Source: a virus
Strand: one strand, 5' to 3'
Length of the DNA stretch: 56,910 nt
IMG/VR virus record: IMGVR_UViG_3300027898_000003
Coordinates: 1-56,910 of that record
Shown: one piece after another, positions 7,028 to 13,169 of the stretch
Numbering within the stretch: the first letter of the stretch is position 1
Layout of the letters: the number at the start of each line of letters is the position of its first letter
Position numbers and translations under genes: made by a program
Notes under the pieces: generated by a model
What the model saw: the letters and a program-made list of their open reading frames with translations, nothing else
Database searches by the model: none
What the model was told of the DNA's origin: nothing

Positions 7028-8024
7028 TTGCTGCTGCCCAGTTGTAATACGCCTTGGTCTTCTTGATGGCCGGGTCTTTCTTGATGGCATCCTTGATGCA
7101 AGTAACCCGCAGCTCAGGCTCGAAGCGGTCGGTGTACGCGCACACGGCATCGAAGTTAGCCGCAGTCGACGCCCGGGCAACTGCACCCATGACAGCGTAC
7201 TTGATGTCAAGTCGCGACGGCAGTGCGATGGTCGTGGGGTTCTTGAGGATGTCAGGGATGTGCGGCAAGTCGTTCATGATCTGCTTGAACCCGATGTACT
7301 CAGCGGCACGGCCAGAACCCACAGAACCCGCGGCATTCTCTTGCTGCAGGCTGAGTGGCAGGGACTCTGGGATACGCGCTACATCTTCCCATGTGCGCGG
7401 CGTGGCGTTGGCATAACGCGATGCGTCGAAGTCGACCAGTGCTGCACCTTGCATGAAGCGGTGGTACTGCACAAGCGCAATGGGGAAGTTCATGGCGTTT
7501 GCATAGTCACACCATTCTTCAAGGTTCTCGGTGTAATCCAGACGACGCGTACGGCCAGCAAATTTGGTCGGCACACGCATGGCACCAGACTTGTCCTCGG
7601 GGCGATTGCCAGTAGCAATGATGTAGAGCTGGTCGGTCAACTCCCACTCGCCGGCAAAGCGGTCATAGATGATGCGGCATGCTGCGTTGAACATCTCGAC
7701 CCGGGCATCGCTGAATTCTTCGAGCAACAAGGCACACTTGCCAACGCCCTTGCGCATTTTGTAGAACATCTCGGGCGGTACCCAGCGAGTGAACTCGCCG
7801 TTGGTGTTGGGCATGCCCAGCAAATCCACAGGGTCACGAGAGCTCAGGTTGAGCTCGAACATATTGACTTGGGGTATGAAACCAAGCTCGCAGAATGAAT
7901 CACGAGCGCATGCCGACTTGCCTCCGCCGGGTGGGCCCATGATGGCGAACACGGTCTTGTTGGCGTCGGCGCGCTCCTGAGAGAACTGAGCGACGATAGA
8001 GTGCTTGATGTCAGAGTATTTCAT
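7008..8024 (-). CDS. MoxR/CobS-type AAA+ ATPase
   Basis: Walker A GPPGGGKS, Walker B LLLEEF. 338 aa. AGGA precedes the ATG. Confidence 0.85.
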   Translation of the reverse strand: MKYSDIKHSIVAQFSQERADANKTVFAIMGPPGGGKSACARDSFCELGFIPQVNMFELNLSSRDPVDLLGMPNTNGEFTRWVPPEMFYKMRKGVGKCALLLEEFSDARVEMFNAACRIIYDRFAGEWELTDQLYIIATGNRPEDKSGAMRVPTKFAGRTRRLDYTENLEEWCDYANAMNFPIALVQYHRFMQGAALVDFDASRYANATPRTWEDVARIPESLPLSLQQENAAGSVGSGRAAEYIGFKQIMNDLPHIPDILKNPTTIALPSRLDIKYAVMGAVARASTAANFDAVCAYTDRFEPELRVTCIKDAIKKDPAIKKTKAYYNWAAANADVLV

Positions 8025-8072
8025 AGTTGTCCTAGAGTTGATGTGCTGCTGTTACGGCCAGCAGCGAAGCCG

Positions 8073-8447
8073 TTATTTTTCTAACGCGTTCATGGCAAGC
8101 TGAACATTTAAATCCATGATGCCACCGTGAGCATCGAGGTATTCCACTATTGACATAAGTGGGACGTAAGCGTAGGGTTGTCTGTATTCTTCGTCACGCT
8201 TACCAAGACAATCGTGGTGCGGGCAATGCCACATTTCCATGCTGCGCGGAACTAGCTCATTGCCGTGGCAATAAAATGCGCGACTGTATTGCAGTGATGC
8301 AGTTGCACCATCGTTCATTCGTATGGGTACACGCACTGTTGCGTAGCTAGGCTTGTCTTTTTCCGGGTAAGGGATCTGACGCCGTTCATCTAAGTCAAAA
8401 CGTTTGTCACTCAACCACGCCAGTAGCGTGCGCAATGTCTCGGTCAT
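8073..8447 (-). CDS. hypothetical protein (124 aa)
   Basis: ORF. His/Cys cluster WHCPHHDC. Confidence 0.55.
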   Translation of the reverse strand: MTETLRTLLAWLSDKRFDLDERRQIPYPEKDKPSYATVRVPIRMNDGATASLQYSRAFYCHGNELVPRSMEMWHCPHHDCLGKRDEEYRQPYAYVPLMSIVEYLDAHGGIMDLNVQLAMNALEK

Positions 8448-8670
8448 AGGGTATTCCTTCTAGTGCGGTAGTAATTGCTGCCATTTTTTCGGCCCATACG
8501 AAATTAGGCAATTCACTATTTTGGTTGAACTTGCAATCCCATTCGCCTTCTGTACATTGTGGGTTAAACAAACCTGACATATCGTTAAAGCGTACGCATT
8601 GCGTGCATGTGGGTTTGACGAGACGGCTGACGGGAATAAGCACGTACTCTTTACTGTTAATTGAGGGCAT
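8407..8670 (-). CDS. Cys-rich miniprotein, paralog family member
   Basis: GGAGAAATCAAATG start context. CTQC...C...C pattern. Confidence 0.55.
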   Translation of the reverse strand: MPSINSKEYVLIPVSRLVKPTCTQCVRFNDMSGLFNPQCTEGEWDCKFNQNSELPNFVWAEKMAAITTALEGIPYDRDIAHATGVVE

Positions 8671-8905
8671 TTGATTTCTCCAGTACTATCGTTACAGCGT
8701 CGACGACAGGCACCCATATGGTTGAACTTGGGCACGTTATGCATTCCTGTGAATTTATTGCTTTTTCATTGTTTATTGTTTTTTCGTACGCAGGGCAACG
8801 CAAGCACACCGGGCCTTCTTCGTTGAGTAAACCTTCTTCGTTGAGTAAATTAACGATTGGTATAGCTGCGCATTCAACGCCGCGTATGATGGCGCGGAGT
8901 GTCAT
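8657..8905 (-). CDS. Cys-rich miniprotein, paralog family member
   Basis: ATGA overlap upstream. CLRC...CITC pattern. Contains a tandem LLNEEG LLNEEG. Confidence 0.55.
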   Translation of the reverse strand: MTLRAIIRGVECAAIPIVNLLNEEGLLNEEGPVCLRCPAYEKTINNEKAINSQECITCPSSTIWVPVVDAVTIVLEKSNALN

Positions 8906-9099
8906 GGCGTCAATTGAAAGTCGTCGTCTGGGTGCGTGACTTGGATGGTAAAACCCAATGCGTGGATTTTGACCAGTGCTGCAGGCGTGAGCGTCTTGGT
9001 TCCAATGAGGTCTGCGAAATGGTGCGCCGTGTCACACACTGGGTAGTACACGTTGGTGCCGTAATTCTGTTTCTTGAGAACGATGATAGTCGTGATCAT
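8902..9099 (-). CDS. hypothetical protein (65 aa)
   Basis: ORF in an ATGA-coupled chain. Confidence 0.5.
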   Translation of the reverse strand: MITTIIVLKKQNYGTNVYYPVCDTAHHFADLIGTKTLTPAALVKIHALGFTIQVTHPDDDFQLTP

Positions 9100-9338
9100 G
9101 ATGTCTCCACTTTGAGTTGGGCCGCACGCACGAGCGTGACGTAGTGGCCGTCGGTGCAGTTGTTAAATACGCAGTGTTCTTCAGCGCCACCGTTATTGCG
9201 AAAGAAGCACTTTTTGCAGCCTAACCCGTTATGATGCTCTGGGTCGGTGTCATACGTAACAAACACAGCTTCGTTAGGGTGTGTATCGCTGCGTTGCCAT
9301 TGCTTTGCTGGTTTGCCGGTAGGTCTTGCTAAGCTCAT
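9096..9338 (-). CDS. Cys-rich miniprotein, paralog family member
   Basis: CKKC...C...C, then an AAQLKVETS tail. ATGA overlaps. Confidence 0.6.
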   Translation of the reverse strand: MSLARPTGKPAKQWQRSDTHPNEAVFVTYDTDPEHHNGLGCKKCFFRNNGGAEEHCVFNNCTDGHYVTLVRAAQLKVETS

Positions 9339-9574
9339 GCGTTTTCCAGTTTGTGCATTGCTGCTTCAATTAAAGTCATCCACACACCGTTACCGCACGC
9401 ATGATTCCTGCACATGATTTGTTGCTTATCGCTGTTGCCCCTGAACAGGCATTTGTCACAGCTATCTTCGCTGTCTTTCATGGGGACAAACACAGCGTCC
9501 GGTACTAATGTGCTTCGAGCAGATGGTTTAATGCATCCATTGCTATCGATGTCTTCATTTGCAACGCCGTTCAT
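9335..9574 (-). CDS. Cys-rich miniprotein, paralog family member
   Basis: CDKC...C...C, then an AAMHKLENA tail. Start set at ATG 9574 (ATGA overlap); alternatives are at 9583 and 9592. Confidence 0.55.
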   Translation of the reverse strand: MNGVANEDIDSNGCIKPSARSTLVPDAVFVPMKDSEDSCDKCLFRGNSDKQQIMCRNHACGNGVWMTLIEAAMHKLENA

Positions 9575-9711
9575 GGTCGCCATACGATGCAATCGAGCAA
9601 GATGATACCGGCCGCTGCTGCATACACAATGACCCAGTACAGGACCGTGCGCAGACCGTCGTTACGTTGCTTTATTTTGAGTGTAGGCAGTTTGGTGGGT
9701 TTCATGCGCAT
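9571..9711 (-). CDS. small membrane protein (46 aa)
   Basis: AGGAGC precedes ATG 9711. MRMKPTKLPTLKIKQRNDGLRTVLYWVIVYAAAAGIILLDCIVWRP has one TM segment. Confidence 0.55.
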   Translation of the reverse strand: MRMKPTKLPTLKIKQRNDGLRTVLYWVIVYAAAAGIILLDCIVWRP

Positions 9712-9803
9712 GCTCCTGAGTAGCAGATGTAGGGCTCCAACGGACTTGGCTCTGGCGTGTGCGTGGCGAACGCTGCCACTGCAATGATGATGGCGTAGAT
9801 CAT
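9702..9803 (-). CDS. tiny hydrophobic peptide (33 aa), not in ORF track
   Basis: Hand translation MIYAIIIAVAAFATHTPEPSPLEPYICYSGACA. ATGA overlaps at both ends. Confidence 0.35.
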   Translation of the reverse strand: MIYAIIIAVAAFATHTPEPSPLEPYICYSGACA

Positions 9804-10066
9804 AAATACTCCTTGTTGTTCCACGGCTCTGTAATACCCCAGCGTGGGTCTGGGAACTTGTCGCACAAGGTTGCTTTGACTTCCATGTGGCTTTTGTGCA
9901 TGGCGATGTAGCGGGCACGCGTGGTGGCGATCTGCTCGTCCGTTGAGTCCGGGTGTCGCATCAGCTTGAGAACATTATGTTCGAGTTGTTTTATGTTGGC
10001 TGCCATGCTTTTGTACAGTCTGCGCGCACGCTGACGCGGCGATTCAGTGGGTGCGGCGTCGCTCAT
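9800..10066 (-). CDS. hypothetical protein (88 aa)
   Basis: ORF with helical, charged composition. Confidence 0.6.
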   Translation of the reverse strand: MSDAAPTESPRQRARRLYKSMAANIKQLEHNVLKLMRHPDSTDEQIATTRARYIAMHKSHMEVKATLCDKFPDPRWGITEPWNNKEYL

Positions 10067-10202
10067 TTTGCGTCGGCTGCGTTTGACCAGTGTTGCATGC
10101 TGCCACTATTGCCAGAAAACGTGCAACTGGCAAACGTTCAAACTGTTGGGTCATGGCCCGCAAGCAATGATCAAGAAATGCAATTTCGATACGTGGGTCC
10201 AT
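10041..10202 (-). CDS. possible small ORF (53 aa), not in ORF track
   Basis: GGAG lies 6 nt upstream of ATG 10202, 3 nt after the stop of 10206..10634. MDPRIEIAFLDHCLRAMTQQFERLPVARFLAIVAACNTGQTQPTQNERRRTH. It overlaps the next gene by 26 nt. Confidence 0.3.
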
Positions 10203-10205
10203 ACG

Positions 10206-10634
10206 TTACTCCTTTAGTTGATACTTGCCGTCCACCAGAACGGCGCCATTGGCCAGTGCGAACTCACGGGCCCGTCGGGTTGTCTGCCCGTCTTCCTCAT
10301 GGTTGAGGAATGGGATTAGATACTTGACTGCTTCACTCAGTGGCGCAATCGGCGAACGGCTGCGCTTGGCGAAACCTTCCACTTTCTTTACTGAGTGAAC
10401 TGGCTTTGGCCAATGCGGTGCAATGTCTGGGTACTTCTTCAGTATCAACGACCGCACAATTCCACTTAGTGGCTGGCGATGCACCAGCGCTAGCTCGCGC
10501 ACCTTGGCTTCCGTCACGTTGACGGACTTTAAAAACTCTTTGGTCAACGATTCCACTGAGTGTGGTGGATGTGTTGGGACGTGTTCGCGCAGTGCCAGTT
10601 GCGCGGCTGTTGGGCATGAAATGGTCAAGGCCAT
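10206..10634 (-). CDS. hypothetical protein (142 aa) whose coding sequence carries four CACTNAGTG-type palindromes
   Basis: ORF. Palindromes at 10334, 10389, 10463 and 10554. Confidence 0.65.
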   Translation of the reverse strand: MALTISCPTAAQLALREHVPTHPPHSVESLTKEFLKSVNVTEAKVRELALVHRQPLSGIVRSLILKKYPDIAPHWPKPVHSVKKVEGFAKRSRSPIAPLSEAVKYLIPFLNHEEDGQTTRRAREFALANGAVLVDGKYQLKE

Positions 10635-10973
10635 AGGTTTGTTCTCGCAAGTTGAATCAAATGAAAACCTTTATTATATGGGGTTTGCGGGGGTATTGAG
10701 CAACGAGACGTCAATCCGTCGAAGCCGCCGTAATTCTTGGGGTCATGTGGCATATGTCCACTTAGTAAGATTTAGTGGGTTACGTTACTCAGTAGAGACA
10801 CGCCACATGACCCCATGTCAAAGCCCTCGCGTGGAAAATGAATATTTACTCTTACTTATTATATAGTTTACTCAATATGGCAAAAATCCGCATAAACACG
10901 TGGTTTTATTGAGTTACTTTTAGAGATGGTTGAAAAAAGCCACCTAGTGACTAAGTGGCTACCTTGAGTTTAC
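10635..10973. promoter_or_regulatory. 339-bp non-coding region with palindromes, TTTACTC repeats, an AT-rich stretch and a perfect TATAAT on the minus strand (10673-10678)
   Basis: No plausible ORF. Repeats read directly from the sequence. TATAAT lies about 40 nt upstream of ATG 10634. Confidence 0.6.
10738..10815. repeat. 14-bp perfect inverted repeat (TGGGGTCATGTGGC / GCCACATGACCCCA) with a 50-nt spacer
   Basis: Arms are at 10738-10751 and 10802-10815. The spacer contains CCACTTAGTAAGATTTAGTGG. Confidence 0.85.
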
Positions 10974-11189
10974 TCAGTGACTTACTAAGTGAGCTGTGCC
11001 GGCAACTGTAAACTTGGATATGTTGCGCGTAGCTACAATGACGCGCTCGCCGCGTGTCGACCCGGTAACCTTGGGATTGCCGCATCCATGCACACGAGCA
11101 TGGGCGTAAGTATCGACAGCTGTGAAGCTGCCTGCATTCACTAAGTGAACACGTTTAGGTGGTAACTTTGTACCGCGATTGATGTGCAT
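10974..11189 (-). CDS. hypothetical protein (71 aa)
   Basis: Track ORF 10974..11201. ATG 11189 has GGAG 7 nt upstream; a GTG at 11201 is the alternative. Confidence 0.55.
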   Translation of the reverse strand: MHINRGTKLPPKRVHLVNAGSFTAVDTYAHARVHGCGNPKVTGSTRGERVIVATRNISKFTVAGTAHLVSH

Positions 11190-11237
11190 GTAATGCTCCA
11201 CGTTTTGCGTCAGTCTGGGTTGACCAGTGCTGCGCGC

Positions 11238-11268
11238 AAAAAAAAAGAACGGGCCTCGCGGCCCGCCC
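11238..11268 (-). terminator. rho-independent terminator after gene 11272..11805
   Basis: Minus strand reads CGGGCC-GCGA-GGCCCG, followed by TTC and a run of nine T. Confidence 0.8.
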
Positions 11269-11271
11269 TCC

Positions 11272-11805
11272 TTACTCCTTGGCTTCCACCAAGTCGTACT
11301 TCTCGCTCAGGATTTCACGAGCATGGAACTCCGCAGCTGCTTTGACCATGTGGTCCAGCAAAGCTTTGCCATGCACGGGAATTCCCTCGCTGTTAGCGTC
11401 GTTCGCCTGCTTTGTCAGAGTATCCAAGAATTTGTCAAACTTCGCGGCAATCTCCAGCACGCTAACCGCTGGAGCTTCGGGCTTTGCTTCCTCCCATGGC
11501 TTCGCCATGAGACGTTCGCGCAGCTCAGGTGTATCAGCCTTGCCGAGCTTATGCATCTTGTCGTAGCTAAAGGTTTGCTTACCCTTAGCAATGAACATGC
11601 ATCCATTGAGCTCAAACCATGCACGCAGCGAAGCCTTGCGGCCTTGCTTGCCGATAGCGTCAACCAGCTGATCAGCAAGCGTTACATCACCATGCAACAC
11701 GGCATGGATGACGCATTCAACCGCACACGCTTGCACGTCACGGGTGATTTTGGCCGCTTGTTTGCCGATCGAACCGATGGCCTTGAGAATTTCAGTTTTT
11801 TGCAT
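11272..11805 (-). CDS. first leftward (early) gene, hypothetical protein (177 aa)
   Basis: ORF. No family recognised. Confidence 0.7.
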   Translation of the reverse strand: MQKTEILKAIGSIGKQAAKITRDVQACAVECVIHAVLHGDVTLADQLVDAIGKQGRKASLRAWFELNGCMFIAKGKQTFSYDKMHKLGKADTPELRERLMAKPWEEAKPEAPAVSVLEIAAKFDKFLDTLTKQANDANSEGIPVHGKALLDHMVKAAAEFHAREILSEKYDLVEAKE

Positions 11806-12370
11806 ATAACACTTTCAAAAATAAGGGAGATAAGAGGACCGGCTATTCGCGCCGCCGGGTAATGGCGCGTTGCATCTAAGGACGTGCAACTATCCGCCGA
11901 CCTGTCACGTCGGGCCTTTACACGGATAAGGTTTTGCCGTGCACTTCAGGGGATAGGACCGCGCCATTCAATCGCGCCGGATATACCCTTTGATTCCTAG
12001 AGCCGCCGCGGTGTAGGCACACTATGGGCGTGCCTATCCCCACATGCGGATAGCGTAGCGGCGCAGCAATCCTCGCGCCCTTTCGGGCCGGCGCACCTCG
12101 CAGAGAGTAATCTCGATCTGCTTAAGGCTGTCAAAACCGGACAACGGGGGGGCAGATGGCCAAGAGTTCCTTGAGCTTTAGCTCACCCCTTCAACACATA
12201 ACGTTCCCAAAAATAATAACCCTACAATTTAGTCAACTATTCCGAAGCCGTAATTTCGGCATCGACCTATTTTTCCAAGGTACCCCCCATCAAAACCGCC
12301 GCCAAAAAAATTTTCAGAAAATTCCGCACTCCAGTACACTCAGTGAACTTCGTAAGCAGAAAGGCTTAAC
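11806..12370. promoter_or_regulatory. divergent control region between the leftward and rightward gene blocks; GC-rich, densely self-complementary
   Basis: 565 bp without a convincing ORF. Contains multiple hairpins and GGATAG/CTATCC repeats. Confidence 0.75.
12106..12134 (-). promoter_or_regulatory. candidate sigma70-type leftward promoter
   Basis: Minus strand TTGACA (12134-12129), a 17-nt spacer, then ATTACT (12111-12106). Perfect -35, weak -10. Confidence 0.35.
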
Positions 12371-12955
12371 GTGAACCTTGACGACATCCCCGACAATTTC
12401 ACCATCGAGACCGGTTGGAAACCCAAATCGCAAGTGGACATCCCACCTGAAATGATTGTGGCCATCGCCCAAGGGCTCGAAGAACCCGACGAAATTGCTG
12501 CGCGTCATGGATTTACCGGCGACAAGTGGGAAAAACTCAAAGTCTGGAAGCCGTTTGTTACGGCAGTGGCCGAGCACCGGGCCGAACTGGAGCGTTCGGG
12601 CTACACGTTTCGGGTCAAAGCGCGGTTCATGGCCGAAGATTTGCTGGAAGAAACGTTCGTCAAAGCCAAAAACCCGGAAACATCACTGGCCCAAAAGCTC
12701 CAAGTGACCCAGTTTCTGACCCGAGTGGCAGGGTTGGAACCCAAGGAAGACAAATCCGGTTTGGTCGGCGAAGGTTTTAGCGTTACGATCAATATGAACG
12801 GCGCCAATACCACCATTTCAGGGGCATCAAATGGCGTTTCAAACAAAAATTTGTCCGAAATCGAAGATATAACCCCAAAAAACGGGGGTTACGTAATTGC
12901 GCCGTTGATCGACCCCACGCTTTTTGCAGAGATGGCGGCTAACCACGATGATTGA
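12371..12955 (+). CDS. putative small terminase subunit
   Basis: 194-aa ORF, first gene of the rightward block, upstream of terL. GTG start with AGAAAGG upstream. Assignment is by position only. Confidence 0.5.
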   Translation: MNLDDIPDNFTIETGWKPKSQVDIPPEMIVAIAQGLEEPDEIAARHGFTGDKWEKLKVWKPFVTAVAEHRAELERSGYTFRVKARFMAEDLLEETFVKAKNPETSLAQKLQVTQFLTRVAGLEPKEDKSGLVGEGFSVTINMNGANTTISGASNGVSNKNLSEIEDITPKNGGYVIAPLIDPTLFAEMAANHDD

Positions 12956-13169
12956 CCACACCGAACTGCCCCTATATTCCATCCAAGCCACCCACAAGTG
13001 CATTGTGTGCGGGGCAGAATGGCGGTTTAACCCGGAATGGGTAACCCCAAGTGGTCGAACGTTCGGACCGTCGTGGTCCGTCAAGAGTTTAAAGCACGGC
13101 GACTGCTGCGAAACCGGGGCTATGGACATGATCATGATTCCGCTGGACTCCGAAGTCTATGAAAGTTAA
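12948..13169 (+). CDS. small Cys-containing protein (73 aa) between terminase genes
   Basis: ATG 12948 overlaps the upstream stop. CIVC ... CC. Confidence 0.5.
   Translation: MIDHTELPLYSIQATHKCIVCGAEWRFNPEWVTPSGRTFGPSWSVKSLKHGDCCETGAMDMIMIPLDSEVYES

Noticed and set aside
9571-9918. 115-aa minus-strand track ORF
   Set aside because: It overlaps 9800..10066 by 119 nt, and its N-terminal two thirds are Arg/Ser/His-rich. Only the last 46 codons, which have their own AGGAG-ATG, look genuine.
11218-11250. Reading TTGACC of the plus-strand form of the repeated motif as sigma70 -35 boxes for antisense promoters
   Set aside because: None of the copies has an acceptable -10 hexamer 16-18 nt downstream. 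Several copies lie deep inside genes.
11806-12150. A tRNA, tmRNA or known riboswitch in the structured control region, with a c-di-GMP-I-like GGCAAAACC element noted on the minus strand
   Set aside because: I could not draw a cloverleaf with a T-loop GTTCRANNC. The resemblance to known riboswitch consensus sequences is limited to a few nucleotides. It is kept as an unclassified structured element.
12156-12374. 72-aa plus-strand ORF in the control region, ending in a GTGA overlap with the terS start and preceded by a G-run
   Set aside because: The product is basic and low-complexity, the region is AT-rich with rare ATA/CTA codons, and it overlaps likely promoter/operator sequence. It cannot be excluded, because the GTGA overlap is suggestive, but I do not call it.
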